A DNA stretch of 64,000 bases, taken from contig CT868596.1 of NCBI GenBank assembly GCA_000165425.1, positions 124,001 to 188,000 on the forward strand, read 5' to 3'. A program made the translations under genes and the position numbers. Below, in pieces: positions 52,372 through 64,000 of the stretch. Below the pieces are notes generated by a model. The model made no database searches. It saw nothing but the letters and a program-made list of their open reading frames with translations, and was not told the DNA's origin. This DNA comes from Paramecium tetraurelia. Taxonomy: Eukaryota. Each line of letters opens with the position of its first letter. Position 1 is the first letter of the stretch.

Positions 52372-52905
52372 TCACTTATCTTAAGCTTCTCTTGAGCCTA
52401 CAATCTTCTCTTCTCCCATAGCTGAAAGGACAGAAATCAACAAATCCCTGGATATAATATGAATATTTACTTGCCAGCATCAAACATTTCTCTAATTTCT
52501 TTGACCAAATTGAAATCATCTTCAGTTTCAGGTAATTTAAGATCTTCCTTTGTTGATCCATCTTCATTCATAAGAATGACAAAGCCATCCCCTTGGATAT
52601 CCATCAAAGTGTATTCTTTTTTAGTGACAAATGGAACATCAATATTGTGAGATGTTGGGGCTGAATCTTCATAAGTCTTATTTGTGAAGATATCCTTTCC
52701 AACAATGGATGCCTAAACATGTGAATGATAAAATTACTTTAGCATGACCATGCTTTCCTGCTTTGGATGTTGAAACATCGGTAATCTTGCAAGGATGTCC
52801 CTTGAGCATGACGTATCCTCCCTTCTTTAATGATCCTGCACTTTCTGTGTAGGTGTGAGATGATCCAGCATTTCCTTGTTCGAATTGATTCTCGTCGTCA
52901 GACAT
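52372..52905 (-). CDS. eIF5A: Translation factor eIF5A
   Basis: GSLKKGGYVMLKGHPCKITDVSTSKAGKHGHAK/ASIVGKDIFTNKTYEDSAPTSHN...VLSAMGEEKI; two tiny introns. Confidence 0.96.
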
Positions 52906-53026
52906 TTAATTATTTAAAATTTTAATTTAAATCCGGGATTTGGGAATATTATATATTGCACAATATCAGAATAAAAATTCTTTTAAATAATTCAGAATAA
53001 GTTGATCCAAAATTAACTACTTACAC

Positions 53027-54870
53027 TCATTTAGCTTAGCGTTATTTTAATCGATTCATTAAAAGTTCTTTCCAACAATCAAATTCTAAATTTTCTATGT
53101 GAAACACTTCTCCATTGCATCTAGACTCTTTATAACATGTGTATGGATATTTCCAATCTAAATTATTCGTCGTCATGATATCCAATTGTGTTCTAATATT
53201 TAGCTTATTTGTACTTGTATTCAGTTATCGATATTTGATCTGATTGTATATAATTTGAACTCTTTTAATTAATTAGATCAATCCATTAATTCCGCTTATT
53301 GTGTTACAACAAAGATCTATACGAAGTTTATTAGGATTGTTAATGTATAACTGATTACTATTGCTTCATTAAGTATGATTACTATTCAGTTTTTCTAATG
53401 GTAAAGTCAGCAGGAGTATGTAAAGAAGTGCTAGGTGTTTTTTTCATGTGTTTTTTTATATAGTTCTTAGCAGATTTATGAGCCAATTCATTGAATACAT
53501 TTTTCAATGAAACATTTTATGCCATCATCACAGTTGTATTCTCATATGAAGATTTCAATTTATTATCGCTTATCATATTCTTCACATCCTTTTTAGACTT
53601 TGGACAATAAAATTTCTTTTGTTATGTGTCACATCTCTCATGTGTGTAACTGATTGTTTATTTGTTAAATGAAGATGTTCTCTTTTTATCAATTCCTTTA
53701 TTCATTTCTGCTAACTATTATCTAATATTATTATTCATTTTAAATATTCAATAAATATACACAAAAAACAAAGAAATTTATTTATCTATAACCATGCACA
53801 ATCCTGAACATTTATGTACATCAAATCATTTACTATTTTATAGACTTTCCAAATTTAAAGCCTATCTTGAATCTTAATAATTTAATTTTTAAATATTCAC
53901 CTCTCTATTCTTGACATCAAGGGTCCAAAATTCATTCGGTGTTTTTTGATTAATTTTTGTATTAACCTAAAAAGTGTTCTATTTCAATAATTTATCCAGT
54001 ATTATCTTAATTTTATTAAAATTAAGATAAATGAAAGGATTAAAATTCTAAAGTAGAACTCAAATTTATATAATCTCGTTATCCGTAAAATTTAGAAATA
54101 CAGGGGTAAAATTGATTAAATTTGGTATTATTTTGAAAGGCGTTGAATTTCAATCAATAATCTACTCAAACTTAATTATTTAAGATAATTTATGAATTTA
54201 ATTGCAAATAATTTTGAAATAATCAGCTAGTTTTCTTAAAAATACAGTAATAACTGTGAGCTTAGTTAGTTATTTTATAATCAATTCATAATTCATTTTT
54301 ATACTCTTGCCCTATTTTACTTTAGTAATACTTAACGATTAGCTATTACTATAGTTGATAATTTATCTGGAATCAATAATTCTAGGCTTAAGTAATAAAT
54401 ATTATTATAAACTGACTTTAATGCAGTTTGAAAATAAGTTGTTTTACTATATGATTCTATATGAAATAGGAAACATCAATTGAACTCCTTTTACTCTAAT
54501 CACCAAGCAGGACTAAAGGGTGATTCTTCAAGTACATATTTCATACTTGTCACTCCTGGAGTGCCCATCATTCTCGATATTTCCATTTCATGGTTTAGTA
54601 GCATAACATCCATCGGTGCTGTTTCGTATAACGGCTTGGTTAATTGTGCAAATAATGAATATTCTTATAGTTCTGGGGTATATTCATTATTCAATTATAT
54701 TAATTCATCGCTCTACTCTAGTCTTAATTATGGCCAACCATACCAAATTTATTCTTTCCTCTAAGAGATGTTTGACCTTGGGTACTAAATATTGTTAAAA
54801 TCAGAATCAAGACGACCAACTTCATGCTAATTTAATTAATAACTAATATAAATCCGTTTTTTTTATTCAT
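53027..54870 (-). CDS. Hypothetical protein (start approximate)
   Basis: Code-6 frames such as EQIWYGWPQLRLEQSDE...FAQLTKPLYETAPMDV with tiny introns; TGA at 53027-53029. Confidence 0.45.
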
Positions 54871-56115
54871 TATTCAATTCAATCAATCAGCCCTTATTAG
54901 TGCAACCATGAGTATTTATTTTACATGAATAATGCTAATTTCGATTCAAATTAATATTCAAACTTGAAGATAAATTGTATATTTATTTGAATCAATCAAT
55001 ACCCTATTTAAGAAGTGTGTGTTTACATTATTTATTTAATAGAATAGTATTTATTACTAAATTGATACTTACTATTAATGCCAAATATAGAAGAAAACCT
55101 TAAATATTTGCTCACTTTTTGATATCAATCGAAAATTGTGAATTAAAAGATACACATTCCCAAAATTATTATATTTTAATTGCTACTAAAATCATGTAAT
55201 TGTTCTATAAAAAAATCTAATTATCAATAATTTTATCATAAATGGTTACTTCGAACTGATTTGTCTTGAATTAATAGTTTAATCAAATTCTAATCTTAAT
55301 TAAAGCATTTTTATTACATGGATACTCGATTTGTTTTGATTTTCAGCATTTTTTGTTTAGATTTAGATACAATAAAAATAATAATCTTTGCATTCTAAAG
55401 GATTTCTGTTTTCAATGAGCAAATACTTTAAAATAATCTTCAATCAATAAACTTTCCCATTTGTAGGCAATATATTCATATTTGTATTAATTATATGGAT
55501 GAAATGTTAGTAAAAAAACATAAAGAATTATATAATATATCTAGATAGAATAAAATTAAATATATTTATATATAAAACTAAAAAAAATAGATGTAGGTTT
55601 TATGTTTCTCAATTCAAACCATAAAAATTTATCATTTTTATCATTTGATAAAATAGTTTCATCAAAAGCGAAATAAATATTATTAGTTAGAAAAAGTAAA
55701 GTAAACTAATCTGAAATAATTTATCTCATTATAATATTATCAAAATATGATTAGAATTATAGATAAGAGAATTTCTTGATAGAAAGGTGAAAAATGTCAT
55801 AAAATAATTGTATATGAATGGAAGATATTGAATATTATCTAAAAAAGTGAACTAGAAATATTATATAATTTTGCTTAATAAGTTATTACAAATGCTTAGA
55901 GTAATTTAAAGACAGAGTAAAATGTTAAAAAAGACAATTACCCATTATTTTAGAATTTCTATAAATTCTACTATTAGTACTTTTATAATATTATTAACAA
56001 AATAACTTTAATCAAAAACTAGGAATCATTATTGATTCATTTGATGATATATTTATTATTAATCCAATTTATAACTAAAGATAGATATAATTATCACTTA
56101 ATAAAATTTCATTAA

Positions 56116-59100
56116 TCAATTCTAAATTCCAAGCTTTTCGGTCAAAACTAAAATTAAATATTATAATTACTTTTTTTTCTCAATCTAGTTGGTACCTTTT
56201 TTTCCTCTAATGTTTTTCTAAATCGCCAATCTAATTAATTTTTATCATTGCTCACATCTAAGTACAATATTAATGATTCAAAAGTTTATTCATTTGATTA
56301 TTGGAAAAAGAGTTAATATTCTTTCAAGACTTTCGATGACTCCAGATAATTAGATTTCGATTTATTTCTTAAAGGAGTGTCCATCACTATGGATTCTGCC
56401 TTTGGTGAATGGCTTTATGGTTCTTAACCAACAATTTGTTCTGCTTCAACAATCTATTTAATTTCTTTGATATCAAGTTTTCCTTTTTATTATTTTATAT
56501 TCATAGCAACTTTATTAAATATAGTGCTTCCTTTTATTGAAATTCTATGCAAAGCCTATAGGAATTCATCGTAATTCATCCCTAGTGGTATTCCATCAAT
56601 TACCTCTTTGGATTTAGTTAAATATCTAAATAGTTAAAGAACATCATCTTTAGATACGATTTCAGGACATAAATTAAATCTATCTGTGAACCAAGCAAAG
56701 GTTTTGAAACTAATTTATTCTCTTGAAGATGGTTAACCAATCGGTAGAAAGGTTTCTTTAATTAAAAATTGGAATAGAGAATTTAATCCGAATTAATATT
56801 TTTCAATTATTTTCTGATATGATATTGATTTGAATTTGTTTTCTATATCTTTTTCTAATGTCTTTTACTCTTAGATTCTTGATTGATTCTGAGTTAATAT
56901 TTTTGATCTTGCTTATTATAGTAGTTATTATTATTTTTTTTATTGATCCTATTTTTCTTTTTCTGATTATTATTACTTATTCTACCCCTAAGATATTATT
57001 TCTTTTAATTTTTTAATTTATTTTTAATTGAACTCTTAAAAATTGTGTTTTTTCAATTTAATTTCTTTTTCCTATTTATCTTTTTCCTCCAAAATTCTCT
57101 TTAATTGATCTTCTTTTTCTTTATCATTTTTTTCTTTGATCTAATCATATAATAAATTTATTACTTTTAATTTTTATTCAGTTAAGTAACTCATGCGTTT
57201 ATCTAACTATTCTTTCTTCAAATGATTTTCAGTTTTGTTTTTTTCTAATCTTTCTTTTTCAATTTATAGGTGTAAAAGCTTTTGTTTTTCCTTTTCTTCC
57301 TTCAATTTATCTTTAATTTCTTTTTCTCTTTGCTTTCTCAGCTATTCTCTCTTTTACTCTTATTATTCCTAATCTAATAATAATTATTTTTTATCCTCTT
57401 TAACCTTATTAATAATTTCATTTTATCTTGTTGCCTACTATTTATTATGCTCAATAGCAAACAGCATATCATCAAGTAAATTAGCGACATTTTCAGCAAT
57501 GAATTTATCTTTGAGATTGCATTTAGCAATGGCCAATTTCATATTCAATGACCACTCCCTTTTAGGTTCTATTTCAAGGACTTTTTTTTTTTGTAAACTT
57601 GTATTCACTTCCTTTGACTTCTTATGCTTAATTTTGAATTCTTCATCTGCAGGTTCCTATTGCAATTTAGATTATATGTAACCAAAGGCATCAGGTTTGG
57701 CCTTAAAAACCATTACTCTCTTGGATATTGGTTCAATAATATTAACTCTTTTTAAATTTAAAATTGAATTTACCCCAATGCATTTATCAACAAATCATTA
57801 AGAATTTAATAAGGTATTTGGACATTATCATCTAGAAAAGGGATTTCATATGAAAATTGAATTTCAAAAGTAGTAACCTTCTTATATCCTTAAGGCAATT
57901 CATAATTTGGATCTATGAGCAATTATTGATTAAATTCTTTGATTATCTAATTAAATAAGAATACGTACATCATTCTCCATAAAGTATTAAGATTCTGGAT
58001 CATCAAATAAGGCTGTATTCTATCCTTTAGCCGCTGTTACATTTCTTAAATGATTGATAAATTTGATTAAACATTAATACGCTTGAGTATCTGCTAATTT
58101 ATTCTTGGATAGAACGATGGATAATTAAATTACAAATTAATTAAACCCTATCTAATCAAATTCTTTAAATTCCGTTTTGTTATGAAGAATTTGAGTTCCT
58201 ACTTACCTTGCTAATGCCTAAACATTTTCAATCGATAAAGCAATTTCATAATCATGAACAAACTTACTTATTTCTGCAATGTTTATGCTTTCAGTCCTCT
58301 AAAGATATTTATCAAAAGAGTTAGGTTATTTCATTCCTTATAGACAAGTGTTAGCATATTTTGTAAAAATATATCTAAAGACTTTACTATATTTTCTTAA
58401 AATCTATTCAACCATCAATTTTTCTATTTCCTCTTCTAAATTTAAATCTAGCAAATCAAATGTTACTAACCCATGTTTCTTCTCTTTAGCTAACTCAGTT
58501 TATCTGCTACCATCAGGAAATAATAATTTCACAGCTACATCTTTTTGATTCAAAGATGCTATTCCTTATTCAATCTATCTTTTCTCTAATTATTTCCTTA
58601 ATTTCTCTTTTTTCTATTTCAATTATTCCTCTTAAGTAAATTTTGACAATTCTTTTTCCATCTATTTATCTTAAAATTGCTTTTTTATAGTTGAAATATC
58701 ATTTATAACTTTAGGATCAGTTTCTTTAGGCATTCTCAATCTCGCCAAATGATATTGTTCCTCCTTAGTGAGTTTGATTTTTGAGAATTTCTTTAAATTA
58801 CCTTAAACTTATTGAACTTCTTTAACAGACGAATCTGAATAGGCTTATTTATTAGTTTAGGCCTCTTGATATTCAAATTCTACTTATTGCATTATTTCAT
58901 TTAAATCACCAAGTAACTAAAGAAGTACTTACAATCCTTTATTTTATTTGGAGATTAACTTAAATTATAAATTAGTATGGCCTGCCATTGTTTTTATGAC
59001 TTAATTAAAGTTTTCATTATGAATTTGTATTATACTTTTTAAAACTTCAATTATTTATGCTTTTCTTTATTTATCCACAATTTATTGGTTTGGCTTCTTT

Positions 59101-60940
59101 TTATCAGATTTCTTATGAACTGAAAAGTACACGGCAAGACTTATTTTAACAAATTTTTATATAAATTCTTAAGTGCTTGGTGTATGTTAAGTATTAGTAA
59201 CCATTTAAAGAAATATCTAAGAAGCTATTCTATAATGCAAAGTATCATAAATAGCTATTTTAGATAATAAATCCATAATTTATATTTGCGATTTAGTTGT
59301 CAAATTTGAATTATTAGCAACATTGGCTATGAAATTAAAAACAACCAAGCTTGGATATGTTTTCTCCTGTAAATTTACTATAAATGGATCGAGAACTATC
59401 GACAATGGGATTGAAGGGATCATTTAGAAAACTATCAAAAGATTCTAAAGTATAAAATGGACTAAATTCTCATTTGTTAATTCGACAAGCTAAATAGCAA
59501 TTCTATATATAACAATAAATGTGTACATTTTATACAAAATTGGAGCTTCAGGAATTTTATTCTTTCCAAAGTACTCTAAAGCAGAGAATAAAAATTAAAT
59601 AGAAAATAATGCCACGCATTCCCTGGGATCTTATGTGCCTAATTTAAATGCATTATGCACTCTTTCTTAATGTTATTAATATTAATTCTTTAACCAAATA
59701 TTATGAATGAGCCTTAAAATACAAATGTTCTCATCTGATTTTAAAGTATTCGTACTCTCAAGAATCTCCAGACCTTATTCTAACCATTGTTGCATTATTC
59801 CCATAGATTAAATTTCTAAAATATACTCTGGTGTGAGTGAATTAAACAGCTTTTCTACATTAATTAGCAACTCTATATTATTTGCACTATGCTATTTTAG
59901 AATTGAAGTAAAAAGATCAACTAAATGAAATTTACAAAATAATATCATTAAATCTACCAATGAATCGACTAATTATGGATGTCTTTTAATTGATAGAAGT
60001 GTTGTTTAAAAACATGATTCAACATACCATTAATATATATCCTCTTTATATGAGATTTTATTATTATATGCTTAGATTACAAAATTTCCAAGGGTTCGAA
60101 TTGTTTCAATACACACTTCAGGTGATTTAGAGACCAATCCTGGTTTTAAGAGATTTAATGAAAATCCTAATGCTTTATCTTTTTCCATAGAGATTAGATT
60201 CTATAGATGTTCAACTGACAAAAAAACATCCTTGTAAATGGAGATTATTGGTTCATAAACCCTTTGAACACCTTTGGTAACTATTTAAGCCCAAAATTTG
60301 AAATTTTCAGCATAAAGTGAAATAACCTATTTGTGTTACAAATTCAACCATTTTGACAATAATGATGTAAAGTATTCTAAAATATTTGAATCAGATATTT
60401 AAATTTACTCTTATGTTTAGCTAAGATTCAAATGATTATATCCTTAAGATTGTGGTTATTATTCAGATAAAATTCTATTTCTGACGTTTGGAGATGCTTT
60501 AGGTTTACTCAATCTGGCTTATTGCAACTTTAAGTAAAAGTCAAACAATTAATTAAGTACGTCTTCAATTACTTACACATCCCCCATCAATATTAACTTT
60601 TTAATGTCACTGTTTATGTCATTAGGTATTTACAATTAATTTATTGCATTTATGATTATATTCCAATTATATAACTTTGTGGATGCAGTGGTTAATTATT
60701 TAAGTTGATCTAATTGAGCAATAGGAGTTAGAGCTCTTATTAAATTGATGTTTAATACCTTTATGAAATCTCTTATTTTAAACTATATATTGATTTAACT
60801 AACTTGGCTACTGCAATCCCATTTTCGATCAAATTTTATTAGGCCTCTGTTAAAATAATGGGGTTTTTATTGGCTTGCTTAATTATTTCAAACACCTTTA
60901 AAGATGATAAGTGATTATAAAGTGCATATGATAATTTCAT
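56116..60940 (-). CDS. Large protein: N-terminal CH-like domain, helical/ARM-like core, coiled coils and degenerate EF-hand-like segments
   Basis: MKLSYALYNHL...KLYNWNIIINAI...ILMGDVQVIEDVL; long code-6 frames, E/K/Q-rich coiled coils; ends LTEKLGIQN-TGA. Confidence 0.6.
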
Positions 60941-61168
60941 AGTTATATTATTATTAATATTTATACAAAATACTTGACATCATTAATTTATCAGTTTAGA
61001 AACTTCAGGATTAAAAAGAATCTTGAATTATATGTGAAAAAGCCTTGTATGGGATGAAAATTATAATTGAAAATGCTGCGAGTTAGAGTAGTTTTTTTGA
61101 ACGATTATTATTTTAAATTGTTTGAATGATTAATTATATTTAAACTCATATTAGTAAAAAAAAAGAAT

Positions 61169-62224
61169 TCAACATGTTATTTTTCGAGGTTATTTATGAT
61201 CATCATCAAATTGTTCAATTGTAGTTTGGCTCTTAGATTTTATACTTGAGTTCTTGAGATATTATTTAATAATTACATCCATGGTGGTTTAAGATGTTCC
61301 CTTAGATCTACAGCCAATTTCATTGCCATCAAGTTAGCTTTTGGCAATGAAAAATACCATAATATCACTTTCAACTACTGTTTGATAGCTATTATAGAAT
61401 TGAATTGAGACCTGAAAATACGATTAAGATAGTCTTCTAACTACGATTTTCTACCTCTTAAATCAGCAGCATCACAGATGTTAACTAATTTTTTTTCAGG
61501 AAAATTAGGCAATGGAAAATCAAGCTAAATGCTTTTCAATTGTCTATGATAATCTCTTAGGTCTTGAAAACGTTAAGTAAATTTCCAACTTTTGTTTGTA
61601 ATAGTATCAGTTGCTTAAATCGTGTATAGGGCTGAATCATCAAAAATGAAATGATCTTCGAACTTAAAACTATATTACTATCTAAAAATATTTAGTGTAT
61701 ATACTTGCTTTGTTACTCAACTTTTTTTTGGGGCAAGGACAATATTGAATCGCCGTGTTTTGCTAAGTAGGATTCTTTGATTTATTGAATTTCTTGCCAT
61801 CTTCTGTCAACAGGTTTATCATTTTTTTTCTGTGCATCCGGCTTCAGCTCTTTAGGAAGCATTTCTTCAATAACTCCTAGGCAATGCAATTCTGGACACG
61901 CTAGTATTTCATTGAGATATTATTATAGTTCTCCACTCTTAAAATACAATTAAAGTTTACTCGCTTAATAATGCTTTCCTCACACTAATTTGTATGAAAT
62001 AAGAATTTTTTCTTAGGAAAATGAATCAAAGGGATTTTTATTTTAAATATTTGAATCCATTCCAATATTTTTTAATGCATGGATTCTAATTCTGAATATC
62101 TTTTTCTTATCTCCTTAGGTTCTCCTCCTTCCAAGTTGCATATACTGATTGTATAGTAAACTTTCTTATCAATAACATCATGCTTTGGTATTTTCACAGA
62201 ATATCTTTGTGCTTATTGTTTCAT
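61169..62224 (-). CDS. Double PX-domain protein
   Basis: KVYYTI...IRKRYSELESMH...HFPKKKF and ALYTI...FTQRFQDLRDYH...LPNFPEKK...RKSQLEDYLN; ends RKITC-TGA. Confidence 0.8.
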
Positions 62225-62769
62225 TTAATTAATTATAAATCCAATTTTAAATATATATTCAACCAATCATGTCAACGTAATTCATTGTGCAATCCCTTGA
62301 TTTACAAGATTTTTTTAATTAAATATTTGCTTTTCTTTCTTATCTCATTATTCAAGTTAAAAATTAGCTTTGAAAATTAAAATTTTTCTAGAAAATTTTT
62401 TATGTACAAATTCATTTTTCTGAATTAATATACGTTTTACACATATAATTATTATAATCTAAAAGAACTTTTAAATTGAAATTTGCCAATCAAATAATTA
62501 AGATCGACTCTTAAAATTAGACAATAGTTAAATCTAATATGTATTTCAGAATTCATACAGAGTTTTTCTTGTTAGTAAATGTGATGTAGATAATTAAAAA
62601 GGAGAAATTATTAGTGTATTATCATGGGTTGTTAAGAATTGATAGGGGATTTTTCAACTTTAAAAGTATTTTAGTTGTTTTGTAACAATTATAGTAATAA
62701 AGTAAATATAATTTAAGGGAATTAAGTTAAGTAAAATTAATTCAAAATAATTTATAGCGAAATATAATA

Positions 62770-63765
62770 ATGGGGAATGCTTGTAGATGTCATTAACAGC
62801 CAGATAATCTCAACGAAGATCAAGAATCCAATAATCCAGAAGTATATCAAGCGAAGACTGATAAACCAGAGGATGATAAATGCGAATAATAATCGTTTTC
62901 GAAATGGAAAAATATTTAAGAAGGTTTGTTTTATAATCTAAAATAAGATGATAACCTTCCACTTCCAGAGTTTAGAGATGAAGTAGCAAAATCAAATAAT
63001 GGAAGCCGAATTCAATTACCTCCTGTCATAATGAAATCGGGGAATATGTAGAGTTTATGAACTAGCTTAGTTATGAGGGAGAATGGCTGAATTAGAAAAA
63101 AGATGGCAAAGGCAAATTCACTTGGAAGGATGGCAGTTACTTCGAAGGAGATTTTGTTTAGGACAAAGCGTAAGGCATAGGGAAGTTAGTGCATGTTAAT
63201 GGTGATTCATACGAGGGAGAATGGTAAAATGATATGGCTAATGGTCATGGAGTTTTCAATCATTTTAGAGGCGTTAAATATATAGGATAATGGAAATACG
63301 ATCTTTAAGATGGAGAAGGACAAGAAACATGGCCAGATGGTACTGAATATAAAGGAACTTACAAAGAGGGTAAAAGACATGGACTAGGACATATGCAATT
63401 TTAGGATGGTTCTAAATATGAAGGGAACTTTGAGAATAACGAAATTTGTGGATTTGGTTGTTATACATGGAAAGATGGCAAACAATATAAGGGATAGTGG
63501 TTGAATAATAAAATGCATGGTATTTTGAATTATCGAATATCTTAAAGGTTAGGGAGAATGTATTTGGAAGGATGGAAAGAGTTATAAAGGAGAATATTCA
63601 GACGATAAAAAGAATGGTTATGGAGTATTTACTTGGGCAAGTGGGAAAAGATATGAGGGATATTGGTAAGATGGCAAATAGCATGGAGAAGGGATAATAA
63701 TTAATGCTGAGGGAGTTCGAAGAGAGGGTTAATGGGAATATGGTAAGCCAAAGAATTTGGATTGA
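62770..63765 (+). CDS. MORN-repeat protein with N-terminal acylation motif (MGNACRC)
   Basis: About 10 YEGEW/YxGxF..GxG repeats; tiny introns; TGA at 63763-63765. Confidence 0.92.
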
Positions 63766-63838
63766 TTTTATTTGTATCTATGACACTGTTAAATTGAGAG
63801 ATTAATTATATAATTATCTATATAAAATAAAATTCAAA

Positions 63839-64000
63839 ATGGATGATGCTGATGGGAATTATATTGAATGTTTAAGTCAAGGAGGCTCTTCTCCTTATAA
63901 ACCAATGGATAACCTATTTCAAATCTATTCTGATAAAGTTGGCAAAAAATCTGAATAATAAAGAAGGTTCTTTAGTGGATAAAAACAAGTTACCGAACCT
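63839..64000 (+). CDS. 5' fragment of a hypothetical protein (runs off window)
   Basis: ATG after an AT-rich spacer: MDDADGNYIECLSQGGSSPYKPMDNLFQ..., open to the window end in code 6. Confidence 0.5.

Noticed and set aside
54950..56100. Long AT-rich gap: possible retained IES, transposon relic or ncRNA
   Set aside because: No terminal inverted repeats, transposase motifs or recognisable RNA structure. TA-bounded IESs cannot be called without comparing MIC and MAC reads.
5093..63765. UNC119 co-occurring with N-myristoylation-motif genes (48350-48532, 62770-63765)
   Set aside because: MG-C starts are common in ciliates and the genes are more than 40 kb apart, so no linkage can be argued.
1..64000. 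Apparent massive pseudogenisation, or many tiny ORFs, in the supplied track
   Set aside because: In-frame TAA/TAG fall at Gln positions of conserved proteins and frameshifts coincide with ~22-28-nt GT..AG introns. This is the ciliate code, not decay; most listed ORFs are fragments, off-frame or antisense.

Overview
AT-rich, gene-dense ciliate macronuclear DNA, almost certainly Paramecium. TAA/TAG read as Gln and TGA is the only stop (translation table 6), introns are about 22-28 nt (GT...AG), and trichocyst matrix protein (TMP) genes are present. The supplied ORF track uses standard stop codons, so it is fragmented and often antisense; I re-read the genes by hand in code 6. About 35 protein-coding genes are present. 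They include three TMP genes (T4-like, T1, and one other), UNC119, an AidB-like acyl-CoA dehydrogenase ending in a PTS1, a miniature CtIP/Sae2, a CenH3-like histone, PFK-2/FBPase-2, a P450, a KDM6/UTX-type JmjC demethylase, a Puf protein, a septin, a CNG/EAG-type K+ channel, eIF5A, and PX- and MORN-domain proteins. There is also a decayed GSK3-like kinase pseudogene. The most notable observations are: (1) a tandem pair of Smr-domain nuclease genes, one with a multi-pass membrane N-terminus, directly followed by a membrane protein ending in a p97-binding SHP box; (2) a CGTTTTT upstream motif shared by the three TMP genes and TCAT-rich 3' flanks on the two complete ones; (3) a 60-aa MGC-acylation microprotein; (4) a 419-aa PPP(D/E)YRG repeat protein. 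Boundaries were derived by manual translation and may be off where introns are ambiguous. No rRNA, tRNA, CRISPR, telomere or transposon was recognised.
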